64,000 bases of DNA. Source: Lama glama. Its lineage: Eukaryota. Both the position numbers and the translations under genes were made by a program. This document shows, piece after piece, positions 40,877 to 52,963 of this stretch (the stretch's first letter is position 1; each line of letters opens with the position of its first letter). Location of the stretch: the NCBI GenBank assembly GCA_028534125.1, contig CM052841.1, forward strand, positions 24,428,001 through 24,492,000, read 5' to 3'. The notes beneath the pieces are model-generated. The model made no database searches and had not been told where the DNA came from. It was given only the letters and a program-made list of their open reading frames with translations.

Positions 40877-43800
40877 TGGGGGCTCCCTCAGGAGCTGCTG
40901 AGTCTCTAAGACTGCAGAGGTGGCTCAGAGAGTGAGGAGGGCTTCCACAGTTTTACTTTCTTGGACAGCATCACCAAACCACACACATTAAAATGTAGCC
41001 ACATGCCAAATTTCTGAAAGGCTCTTTATAATTCTGTCTTTTAAATTGCTTGGTTGACCAGCAACCCAGTTAATATATGATTAGGTCTGATTCCTTGCAA
41101 TCACTGTGTGTGCTTGGAAATACTTGTGAAGAAACTCTCACCTCTACTGTTCTCAACATTTTAAGCTTGGAAACGGTTCCTTTTGTGGATATTTAGTTAC
41201 TTTTGCTCTTTTCTTTGCATAATTTGGAGCCAGAATTTTCCCCCCACTTTTTTGGTAAGCCTTTCCATTGGTTCTTCAAAGCTTACAGATCTTAGGCACG
41301 ATGCCTTTAATTGCCTAACAGGTCAAACAGCAGAGAGATGGAAACAGCATGGAGGGAGAGAGGAGTATGTGGGAAGCTGCGGGAGTCAAGCGCACCCAGC
41401 ATTTAAAACAGCCTGAGGTCAGCTGTCATGACCTTATGTTGGATCCCTGGTGCAAACCAGGCACCATTTCAAATATACAGTCCCCACCAACATCTTTCCC
41501 TAAAGACTATAAAGAGATGTTTTCAAGATGTCCTACCATGTCCCACTGCAGATGCAGCGGGAACAGGCCGCTGCCCCATCATCCCCTTCCTTTGGGGCAG
41601 CATCTCCTCCCCAGGTGACACCAGTTGCCTAAATGGCCCCTGCTGAGCCCAGCAGCAGGACCACCACCCTCACTGGCGTGGTGACAGGGTATTCAGAGTA
41701 GACATATGAAGTTGCCACATGTGTCATGGCTGGGATGGTTCATTCAAGAGAGCCTCTGATTTCCAGAAATTTATATACCTTCATATACAATTTCCCAAAT
41801 CGCAGCAGAAATTGTTAACAAATTAACCAATCTGAGTATTTTTAGATGTAAAACTTTGGAATGGGGAGGAAACACAGGAATAGAGTATCCTGAGACCTGA
41901 GAGAAATATTTCAATGTCTAAAATAAAAATACTCATGCCAACTAACCTATCTGCCATCCCAAGTAAGCACTTACAGATGAGGATGGGGAGCAGGAGAGGA
42001 GGCAGTGATGGGCATCTCTCTCATCTTTCTGGCACCATCTCACACAGCCACCTTGATTCCACAGAGGAAGCCCAAGTGTGGGAAGGTGAATTATTTATAC
42101 CGTTACAGATGGTTAATTCCGAGCTGGGCCAGAAAACAAGCTGGGCCACTTACCTCCTGGAATCACCATCACCTCCCCTGCAGGCTCCACAGAAGGGTGT
42201 CAGCAGAGCAGGATGCACATCTAGAAACACCAGCATCAGAAAACCCAGGAAGAGAGGAAGCGGCCCATGTGCCAAAACTCTGACCTGGTCCATCCACAGG
42301 TGCTGACCCAAGGCCCGTGCCTCAGGCATGGGGTCAGGCTATCTGACCGTTAAGGGCCAAGTGTGACATGGAATTAGAGCAGCCCCAGACCCAGGCAGCC
42401 CCTGACCAAATGACAGCTTTTACTTGCTTGGGGTGATGTGGCTTGGCCTCTGAAAGATGCCAAACACTGATAAATTGTTCCACTTTAATGGCTTCTTAGA
42501 CCTGGCCAACTGGAGTTCAGGAAGACCCAGCTTGTCTACTGACATTTCCATTAGCTATTAGTCACTTCTAAAGAACAGGCCAGGGTCATCTAAGTATGGA
42601 AACCCTGCCGAAGCACAAGTTATTTCTCCTCCATCCTGGGGTCGGGCGAGGAACAAGGGGGGGTCCAGGCGGCCTGTGGTGTTGCTTTCCTGCTCATCAC
42701 AGACTGGCCCAAGTCACCCACTGGCAAATCCACAGGTCTTCAACAAATCACCAGCAGGTAAAGTCAACAGAACCCCACATTCTAAGCCTTCCACCATGAT
42801 TAAACCCCCCGATAAATCACTTCTGCACCCTGCCTTGCTCCCCTCACCTCACCCAGATGAAGGCCATGCCCACCTTGGGCACAGCCAAGACTGAGGTGAT
42901 TCCTTAGTTCCCTGGTGTTTCATTTTCTCTGTCTACCTTCAATTCTGTCCACTTCTTCAGGCCTCCTCTACTCCATTTTGCTACTTCCCTCCCTGCCTTG
43001 TAGCACCCTCAACTCTTCCCCCTTGGTCACCACAAAACAAACTGCTAGCACTGGCCTCACCACGAGCCTCCCAACACAAAAGACTGAGCGGAAATGGCCA
43101 TCTCACAGTCTTCCGTTGTACAATGACAGTGAGACGATAGGTGCCGTGGTGCAATCTAAGTTTTGGGGCTTTTCTGGTTGGGTCTGTAGTCAGTGATGTC
43201 CTTCACCACTTTTTATCAGAAAAGACTGAGACAAACAAGCGAACCATGAGGTTCAGCTGCCCTGAGGGCAGTCTGGATTTCAGCAGTGTCTCCTATTGCT
43301 CTTTCCCCTTTGGCATGTCACGTTGCAACACCCTAGCTTCCTTCCACCCTTATCAACTGTCTTGACAAATATGGTAAAATAATCACGATGGAGGGAGGCT
43401 GGCTGGTGTCCACACAGAATGTAGCACCGAAGGATGATGAAAGACAGAAGCAGGACCTGGTATATGACAGGGACACAAAGGCAATGATTCTATCATGACC
43501 CCCAAAATGTCACAGGTGTATCTGCCTTTAAAAACAATCACTAGTCTCACTGAACTCGAGTGGTCTGTCTCTGTCAGCAGAAGGGAGCAGACAGGCCAAG
43601 ACAGAAGAGTAAGCCCAAAATGCTGGAATGTCTCATCAAACTACACCAAAGGTAGCTGGACCAACCAGGAGCTAAGTTAAGAACAAGGCAGAGACTGCAG
43701 GAGCTGAAAGTCACTAAGGTGTACCAGCAACTTCTACTCAAGGGATGGTACTGCTTCTCTTGGGCATCTGAGAAGTGGCTGGGAGCAGGCTGTTTAAATA

Positions 43801-44123
43801 AACATTAAATCTGTCCTCCTATTGGCAATATCATCAACACTACCACTCCAGAAGCAGCTGTTCCAGATGGAGGGCTGGAAACCACCAGGCACATCTGTGT
43901 TTACAGCAGATGGGGCGCATGTCCCTTCTACTGATTGCAATGATCTGCCTGGAAGACTCCATGCCACCCAAAACTGACTAGCAGTACCATTTCCAGAACT
44001 TGTTCCAAGAGACAGAAAGCCCCTGTGGGACATATCCAAAGAAATCTGGCCCCTTAGTTCTGTCTCTGAGCATGGGCAGATCTGGGTTTAAATGTCAGCA
44101 GCAATAAATAAGACTGCAGCATA

Positions 44124-44604
44124 TGTGGCAGACAGAATTCTCAGTTGGCCATTCAAGATTGCTGGCCCCTGGCTATTCAAACACTACCCTAGGTACTGGT
44201 GTGATCATATGACCTTAAGTTAGAAAGATTACCCTGGTATCACAAGAAGTCAGATTCAAAGCGTGAGAACTCAGTGCATGTTACACTGGCTTGAAAATGG
44301 AGGGAACCAAGCTATGAGGAATGCAGGCAGCCTCTACAGGCAGAGTGCTGTCCCCAGCTGACAGCCAGCCAGAAACAGGAACTCCAGTCCCAGGGCCTAC
44401 CAATAACCTGAATGATGCTGAAAGCATACTCTTTCCCAGAGCCCGGCCTGGCCAACACCTTGACATTAGCCTTGGGAAGCCCTAAACAGAGAACCCAAGC
44501 AAGGCCTCCAGGACCTCTGACCTACAGAACTGAGATGATAAATGTATTGTTTTAAGCTGCCAAGTCTGTGGTAATTTGTTCTGAGGCAACAGAAATCTAA
44601 TATA
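44124..44604 (+). mobile_element. MaLR solo LTR (MLT1E-like)
   Basis: TGTGGCAGACAGAATTCT...GGAATGCAGGCAGCCTCTA...CTGACCTACAGAACTGAGATGATAAATG...TGGTAATTTGTT...CTAATATA. Confidence 0.8.
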
Positions 44605-44914
44605 GTATGTAAAGTTCTCAGTAAGTAGACAGCCCCAGTTCCAGATGGCCTAACCTTCTTCACTGTTAGCCTTCCATCTTCACATCCTCCCACAATCCCC
44701 AGACACAGACCTCCTCTGGACCCCTTTTACTGAAAAAGGAAAGGGTACCAAGAGAACTGGGGAGGCAAAGACCTTTCCTTACTTTAAAAGTCCACCCTGG
44801 GTGGAAAATACCCTTTGGAATCCTAATAGAAAGAATTAGATAGTACCCTTCTACCACCTCTGACTCCACACACACACCACATGCAGCCTCAGTTAGATGC
44901 AGGAGCAATCACAT

Positions 44915-45317
44915 TGTGCAGTGTTCCTGCACTTTCTTGCTGGGGAGGCCTTTACCCTGGCCTGTTCTCATCACTGTGCTCATAGCAAGCGATTTTGAAG
45001 GGTGAGTGATGTCTCCATCTGGAACAAAAAGCAGGCTTGCTGTAAGAGGTGGAGTCCAAAGCATCCGTGTTCCTTTGTTGTGATGCAAACCCCCTGCATA
45101 TATGGCAGCTACCCGGGCCCCCCCCCCCATGTCACCACTGTGGGACTCCGGGGACAAAGAAACCAATACAAACATGAAGCTCAGGCTGTTTGCTGTGCTC
45201 TGAGTAAAAAAGTTCTTTGTCTCTGACCCAGGACTCTCACATCTTCTGCTAATATCCATGAACTGTAATAATCGAACTTAACAGCTTGCAAGTAGGGCAA
45301 AATTCGAGAGTCTGACA
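44915..45317 (+). mobile_element. ERVL-type LTR (MER68/MER77-like) abutting the RCL1 3' UTR in antisense
   Basis: TTTGTCTCTGACCCAGGA...ATCCATGAACTGT...AGCTTGCAAGTAGGGCAAAA...TGACA terminus. Confidence 0.7.
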
Positions 45318-45329
45318 CTACTACACGTA

Positions 45330-46084
45330 GATCTTTAAATCAGGACACCTAGTATCTTTACATTATTGAACAAAATGCCCTTTTTGAATTTTTCTTGTGG
45401 AGATAATGAAATCACTGGGCTATTGTGAAAATAAAATAAGAAAATGCATAGCAGACCTGAGATATAGAAAACATTCAATAACTTTAGTTGGACCCCCGCT
45501 CTCCCTAGTCACTCATCCCCCAACATCCAAGTACAGCAGCAGCATCTGTCTCCAAGACAGCAGTCCATTCAGAAGACAAGGGCTAAAAGAGGCTAATACT
45601 CCAATTTCCGACATTTGCCTAACACTGTACTACTCATAAAGAACTTCCACCCGTATCATCTCATTCAATCCCTACATAGAAGCCAAGGTTCACAGAGGTC
45701 AGTCCTTGGAGAAAGAACGGTAACAGACTCCACAGGGCTGGAAAACAGCCACACGGCAGAAGCCCAGGGATGTGGGCTGAGGCATTGCCAACGTGCAGCT
45801 GTGATACTGTTCTAGCAGCCCAACTGTGTCCTGAAGGCGTGCTCTTCATCCAGGTAAGCCAAGGGAGCTCGCATCATGACTGGGCCTCCTGAGGAACGTC
45901 AATGCCCTGGAAACCACATGATAGAGACGTTCTTCCAGGTCGATATCCTGATTGTCATTAAGTGGAAAATTAAGAAAGTCCTTAATGTAAGAGGCCATCC
46001 CGTTCTGGATGAATTTGGTCCCTTTGGTTTCTTGGCGGCTTCTGCTTTGTCTGAGACCTTGGGGCCTTTCATTTTGTGACAGTG
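45330..46084 (-). other. RCL1: RCL1 3' UTR (3' end approximate)
   Basis: Immediately follows the TGA. Resembles the human RCL1 3' UTR as recalled, and unique sequence ends at the LTR at ~45317. No canonical poly(A) signal is visible. Confidence 0.7.
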
Positions 46085-46308
46085 TCACTTGAGGGTCTTG
46101 CTGAGGTTGGAGAAGCCAATGCCAACACATGTCATTAGNNNNNNNNNNNNNNNNNNNNNNNNNNNNNNNNNNNNNNNNNNNNNNNNNNNNNNNNNNNNNN
46201 NNNNNNNNNNNNNNNNNNNNNNNNNNNNNNNNNNNNNNNNNNNNNNNNNNNNNNNNNNNNNNNNNNNNNNNNNNNNNNNNNNNNNNNNNNNNNNNNAGGA
46301 ATTCGATT
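46085..46308 (-). CDS. RCL1: RCL1 terminal coding exon (exon 9 equivalent), interrupted by an N gap
   Basis: 46138-46085 reads CTA ATG ACA TGT GTT GGC ATT GGC TTC TCC AAC CTC AGC AAG ACC CTC AAG TGA = LMTCVGIGFSNLSKTLK*, the RCL1 C-terminus. On the other side of the gap, 46307-46297 reads ATC GAA TTC CT = IEF(L), the expected exon start. The 5' boundary is uncertain. Confidence 0.88.
46139..46296. other. assembly gap (158 N) inside the RCL1 last exon
   Basis: Run of N. Confidence 1.
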
Positions 46309-46689
46309 TTTAAAAATATTCTCTTTCTCCGACTGAGATCCCAAGCTTTTAATTCCCCAGATCAAGAAGAATGACTGATATTAAGAACTCGTCAAAGCTG
46401 ATTAAATAGCATTTATTTACAGCCTGCCAGATTCCAAAGAGGATTTAGACAGCTTGCAGAGAGGCACACAAGACAACAAGATAAATTAAATAAATGAATA
46501 AAAAGGTTAGAGGCTGGTCCGACACACTTGGTACAATGGACATGATTATGGCATTAATCTTCAAAGCGGCTCATGCAGAGAGAATCACGTGCTCTCACGA
46601 TTCACAGCACCATGAGGTAAAGCCAAGCCGAACAACTGCTGCTGATGCTGAAAGAAAGAAGTGTCTCTCTCTTCATTCCTCAACCTCGA

Positions 46690-47000
46690 CAACGCTTGCA
46701 CTCACTCAGCAAATATTTTTTGAGTGCCTGCTATGTGCCAGGCACTGTTCTTGGTGCTGGAGATGTGCAGTCAACTACAAAATCCCTTGTCTCATGAAGT
46801 TTTCAATCTAGTGCGGCAGACGAGATAAGTTAAATATCCTTGAAAAGCGTATATACTTCCTCCACGGTAGGAAATTGAAATGAATTAAACAAGGCAAATG
46901 GGGAGGAAATTTGAGTATAACAGAATTTATGTGTATATGGCAGGAGGTAACACTAAATAAGGAGGCCAGGAAAGAGTTCACAGTCAACATGGAGAGGGGT
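46690..47000 (-). mobile_element. L2 3' fragment
   Basis: CACTCAGCAAATATTTTTTGAGTGCCTGCTATGTGCCAGGCACTGTTCT. Confidence 0.75.
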
Positions 47001-47494
47001 TTCATGGGGCTGTTTCTTGTCATTCCCCTTAAGACAGAGCAGAGCGATGGCTTCAACCCAAGAGTATCTTGAGAACAGTAATTCCGTGAAAGGACCATGG
47101 TACAGGTATGCAGGCTTCCAGTGGCCTGGCCCAGCAGATTCGGCATCACCCCAGCTAGACTGACCACCTGGACAGTTCATTAAACAGATTCCTTAAGGTT
47201 CTGATCAACTGGCAACTGGTGGAGAGGAAGTGTCCATGGGGAAGAGCCCAGAATATAACAGGTTACACGTCTCCTCTCTCCTGCTTACTGGGCCCTGTCT
47301 CCCCAGTGCACAGGGGACAGAATCATCCCTGGTGATTCTTATTGGCCAAGTTTGGAAACAGTGGTTTAGTTAAGAACAGATGGTCTGTGCATCTTTAATG
47401 AAGTAGTCCAACTGCCCCCCAATCAAACCATCCAAACAGTTCTCACCCTTGAAGAATGTACATGGAATCATCTGACAATCTTTCAAAATACTGA

Positions 47495-47940
47495 ACCTGA
47501 CATACAGATCAATGAAACAGAATCAAGAGTCAAGAAATAGCCCACGTATTTGCAGTCAACCAATTTTCAAAAAGGGTGCCAAGATAATTCAATAGGGAAA
47601 GAATAACCTCACATGCAAAAGGAATGAACCTGGACCCTTTCTTCACATCATACTCAACAATTAACTCAAAACGGATCAAAAACCTGCATGTAAGAACTAA
47701 AAACTATGAAACTCACAGAAAACACAGTAATAAGTCTTCATGACCTCAGGTTAGGCAATGGTTTCTTAGATATAGCTTCAAAAGCAGAGTGATAAAAAGT
47801 TCTAAAATTAGCTTGTGGTTACATTTACACACTTTGTGAATATACTAAAAACAACTGAACTGTTTACTGTGTGGTATATGACCTGTATCTCAAAGCTGTT
47901 TAAAATAAATATTTTATTTCTGAAGTTAAAAAAAAAAACT
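47495..47940 (+). mobile_element. L1M fragment (ORF2 3' part joined to a 3' end), antisense in the last RCL1 intron
   Basis: CAGATCAATGAAACAGAATCAAGAGT...AATTAACTCAAAACGGATCA...GTGAATATACTAAAAACAACTGAACTG followed by an A tail. Confidence 0.8.
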
Positions 47941-50859
47941 GACTGACCCATGGCTCCTACGCTCACACAGTATATACCAAACTAACTATAAAGCCTACTG
48001 CAATGCATTTTCCACCCTCTCCTGTCCCTTTGTCCTAGTTAATCTAGTCAAAGGAGGGAAAAGGAGAAAAGAAAGTCTGAAAAATTTTGCACCCTGCCTG
48101 CCCAAGACAGAGGCCAAGAGATGGAACAGTAACTACCCTGGAGAGAAGGGGTCCTGGTAATTGCTGCATGCTTACAGAAAAACTCCTCACTTCTTTGCTC
48201 TCTTCCAGGATCATGCTATTTCATCTCCACCTTGAAAATAACATCCCATTTGTCACCTGTTCTACAAAGCCTTTCCTGGGCAATAATCCCTCTGGGTTTC
48301 CAAAGCATTCTTGGTTTTGTTTATGAAGGCTAATGAAGTGCTTACGTATAGTTGTCTCATAATTACTGCTCCCCACTTGGTAAACTATATGAGCACCTCC
48401 AGGGCAACGACCTTAACCCATCATACCTGTTAGGTACTATATAAGGCACTCAATAATGGGACACCCAATAAAATTTGGGAGTTAGGGCTAATTTTGAGAA
48501 ATGACTTCAACATTCTTAGCAGTTAAGGGAACTCAGTTCTTTCCCTGATAGCTTTGGCATCTTAACAGCCAGCTGAAATTTTCAGGTTTTTGCTCTCTGT
48601 TCCAGCCTCACTACCTCCCCAACCCTGCCCCAGGGGAAAAAGAAAACAAACACATCAAACCCATAAATAAACAGTCCACATCTGTGGGCAAAGCTTACAG
48701 CTGGCAGCAACGCAGAAGCCAGCCTTCTCACCCACTCGTCTGCATTCTAAGGAGGAAAGAAACAGCCCGTTCTCTCTCGCTGCTGCCTCAGTTCTAACAC
48801 AGGCCTGAGGCATGCTCTGCTCCCAGGGCCTCCCCAGTCTACTTCACTCTGAATTGTTCAACTGTGCTGGAAAAACCAGACACCCGCCCAGCTGGCAGAA
48901 CTCCTGAGAGGCCACAGCCTGCTTCTGATCTCTTGGGGAAGGATCCGAGAAACACAGGCTTGAGTGTGCAGGCCTGCATATTTGCAGCTTTGGGGTATTT
49001 GTAGCCTTTGGAATCGTTAGAAAAAGCAAAGTCGGTTCCACTTTTTACATAATGTTCTGCCAACCCTTCAGCCTGTCTGAGGAAGACTGTGTAAGTGACT
49101 GGACTGAGGTACATTTCAGGACGTCTTCCCACCTCCAGCCCCACTCTCCCTGTCTCCTGTAGGTGGATATCAACATGCAAACACGCTCAGAAGCTGAGAA
49201 ATAACTTCAGATAGATAATATACAGTCTCCTTATGAAAATGAACACCAGAGAATAAACTCACCCACATCTATATGTAGTTCAACAAAGCCACATTCAACG
49301 CTGGTCCACATCCTCCTCCCCAGCCCCAGAGCTCCGCAAGGCTGCAGGCACATGCTGGCCCCACGAGGCACCATCTCCCTTTCCTTCTCTTCTCTTCCAA
49401 ACATCATACTGTAGATCCACACTTTCTAGACACAACCACTCGGCCACAGAGTCAGGCAGAAGAGGCACCATGGGACACAAGGGCAACCCTGCTCCTCTAC
49501 AAATAACCTCTGCACAGTATGACTGGCAGCTTTTCAGACTAACCCTTTTAGGCAACTGGGATTATGTAACTCCTATGTGAAGGATTTGAATTCCTGACTT
49601 AAAGAAGAATCTGTAGTGAGCTTTGCCCCACCCCCGCCAGAACAAAGTGATTTATTTTCAGGTAGACAAAAGAACACCAACAACCTACTTTTCATGAAAG
49701 CCTCCAATCCATCTGACAAGCAGGTTTCAGAGAATCCTGGAGCACAGAGTTAATTTTTCCTGAGTATTTTCTGGGAGTGGACTGTTCCCACGACCACTGC
49801 TGGTCAACAGGTGAAGGCCACTGGGCCCAGGGTCATCTGCCCATTGGATCTCAACTGCCTGGAACTTGCCAGGTTGCCTGGCCCTGTCCCTTAAATACAG
49901 CCCCTCTTACCAGGTCCCCTGTCTGAAGCCTGCTAGAGAGGTGTGAGAGATCACGGTGGGGCTCTCTCTGGCAGTTTCACAGACAGAAACCAAGACAGAG
50001 GGTCCTGCTTCCTGCTCCACCAATCCACTTGGACACTGGGGTTACCTACCTCTCAGGTCTAAGGAATTGCTGTTCAAGTTCAGAGGATGGAAGATCTGGG
50101 GGTGAGATCTGAGGGTGGGAAGAGAATCTGCTCAGTGGGGCCCCCTGTAGTCACTACGTAATAGCTTTTAAATATGCTGGTGGTGCTTTTTCTGCCAAAG
50201 AGCAGCTTTCCTGAAGTGCAGCTGATCTCTGCTTCAGGAATAAAGTTATTACATTCAGTTATAAAGGCAGCAGGACACAGAGAGCCAGGCTGGCTGCACT
50301 CTCAGGAGACATGGGCCCTGTTCAGCCAAGAACTCACTATGAACAGGTGACTGACCTCTCTTTTTCATATGAAAAGTAAGGATAAGATATTACTTGTTTT
50401 CACTGTATGCCAAATATTTTCTGGGGCTCAAACAGCATAATAAAGATGACAGGGCTTCCCAAATGTAAGGTGAGTGGTATTGTGTCAGCTCCTGAAGAGT
50501 ATTTAGGCAACAGTACCCCAAAAGCAGCAGGCTCAGCCAGCAGGTCCCAGTCTTCCTGTGCATCATCTCAATTATCTTTACATCATTAAGACAGAGCAGG
50601 TGAGCCAACAACCCCGCTCAGTCGGTGTTTAACAAGGACCCCAGCACTTCACAAGTAGTGGACAGAGGGCATTTATTAAAGCCAGAATAAAACAAAGTGA
50701 CATGGTTTATTTTATACTTACAGCTAAAGACAGAAGGAGATGATTTTACGAAAATTTGAAACGAGGACTCTGAAAGATGCAGCATGGCCTCCCGGCTCAG
50801 GCATGGAGGTGCCTGGAGTCCAAGAGAATGGACTGAATCCCAGATCTTATTGAAGAGCA

Positions 50860-51090
50860 CATGGGTCAGGGAAGCACGGACTCTGGACAAGACACTGGAG
50901 TCTGAACCCACTTGTTGACTGTGTGACCTGGGTCCCAGTGACTCAATTTCTCTGTGTCTCAATCCCCTCACCTATAAAATGGAGTGTATAGCAGTACCTG
51001 CCTTTAATCACCCTTGTGGGGTTATCATGAAAACTGAATGAGTTTGTATTTGTAGCATGCTTAAAACAACATCTGGCCAAAAGTGTCGTT
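50860..51090 (+). mobile_element. MIR SINE
   Basis: CTGTGTGACCTGGG...TCTCTGTGTCTCA...CCTATAAAATGG. Confidence 0.7.
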
Positions 51091-51820
51091 AAATAACCAC
51101 CTACTCACAGAATTCTCAGGATCAGTAAATAAGATGTGTGCAGTTTGTTTAGTAATGTGACTGCAGGAAATTAGTTATAAATTTAAAAATCAGTGGATAC
51201 AGATTTAGAGACAGCTGAGTAGGCAAATGTGCAGCCGATTTCCGGCCTCAGATCGCCCAAAGCCAGCTCACCAGGCCTCCTGGGTTCAGTGACCTCAGCA
51301 GGAGACTGGACTTCCCAGCACACTCAGCACTGAATGAGCTCCGCTGGGTGCTGCTGGGAACACTAAGCATCTGACCTCGTTCAAGCCTTGCTCCATCTCC
51401 ACAAGCCCTTGAGTTAGGGCCATTCATGCCTCGACAGAGGAGACTGAGGCCCAGAGATGCCAAACCCCTTGTCCGTGGTCTCCCAGTGCTGTGAGGTAGA
51501 GATGGACTCCAGTCCAGATGGGCTGGATGCCAACACCTGTCACTGGCAGAATGCAGAAAGCTCTGGTAACTGCAATCTTGCACCGGAAACAATTTCTGAA
51601 AGTAATTAAGATGCTCACTGATACATAATCCTTCTTTTAAATAAAGTATAAATCCTCCCTAAACTGTAAAATTAAGCTTTTTGAGGGGAAAGGAGAACCA
51701 CCATCACCAACTGTAAACCACAAATTTTACAGAAATAGATTCTCCACAGACCAGCTTGTTACCCAAACTATTCTACTCTACTGAAAAAAAAAACCAAAAA
51801 ACAAACAAAAAATACTACCT

Positions 51821-51853
51821 ATGTATCTATCTATATATCTATCTATCTATCTC
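51821..51853. repeat. (TATC)n/(GATA)n microsatellite, imperfect
   Basis: atgtatctatctatatatctatctatctatctc. Confidence 0.85.
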
Positions 51854-52818
51854 TGGCCTTCCCAAAGAACTTCACACAAACAGGCTTACTTTGTCAAATA
51901 ACACAGAAAACCACTACCAGTCAGCTCTAGCAGTAAGACAGAGAGAAGAGGAAAAGGGAAGAACAGAGAGATCCTTATTTTCCAGAAAGGGTTTGAAAGC
52001 AACACTGCAGGAAAAAAAAAACCATCCTCCTTAATCCCAGTGCTCTGTAAACAGACATTTAAAAAACTATTTATACAAATCAAAGTGTGCAAACTGCCAG
52101 AAAAAATAACATTTCTTTAGACCAAGGAGGGTCTTGCTTCTGGTTTTCTTCATGAATCTGAGGTTATAGAAAACAGTTTTTTATGACTTCAACTGGACAT
52201 AAAAATAAGTGTGCTAGTTTGGGCTCCAAAGCTTTTGAATTCAACTAAGATAAGCTGTTCCCCTGCTACCATCATCCTGACTGTGAATTCTGTCTCCTTT
52301 TCACCCTTAACTGCACTCAAACATGTGATGATTACTTTGCCTTTCCTAACATCCTACATATTTATTCCCACCTATGCCCTTCATCACTCTGGGCCTCTGG
52401 AGGCTTCTACAGTGAATAAGGGCAGGAAAGGTCCCAACTGATAGAGCTTTCAAAAAGAAGCTCCCTTCCCCTCCCCGTGCTAGCTTACACAAGAAGGGAG
52501 GCTGCCCTCTCCCAGTCTGTGGCCACCTCTCTTACAGGAAGCCCCGGGAAACAGGTAAGCCAGAGGAAGGTTGTCCTGTAGCCCCAGCCTCAGGCCTCAA
52601 AGTACATAAATCTGCAATCTGCCCCATTCCTATAAAGCTCCATTCAGAGCAGACCACTTTGTTTTCCCAGGAGATGGGTGATTTTAGGCAAGGTTTCTGC
52701 AAGACAAGACTCTGTAATTCATGTTTGGTGAGGGGGTGTGTCAAAGACACAGAAACTTTAAAAAAAAATCCAGTCACATCTTGACTGTCTCCACGGAGGC
52801 TGCTGCTAAAAAAGATTA

Positions 52819-52963
52819 NNNNNNNNNNNNNNNNNNNNNNNNNNNNNNNNNNNNNNNNNNNNNNNNNNNNNNNNNNNNNNNNNNNNNNNNNNNNNNNNNN
52901 NNNNNNNNNNNNNNNNNNNNNNNNNNNNNNNNNNNNNNNNNNNNNNNNNNNNNNNNNNNNNNN
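52819..52963. other. assembly gap (145 N)
   Basis: Run of N. Confidence 1.

Noticed and set aside
45330-46084. miR-101 feedback site in the RCL1 3' UTR
   Set aside because: No GTACTGT seed match was seen on the mRNA strand; GTACAGT near 45625 is not a match.
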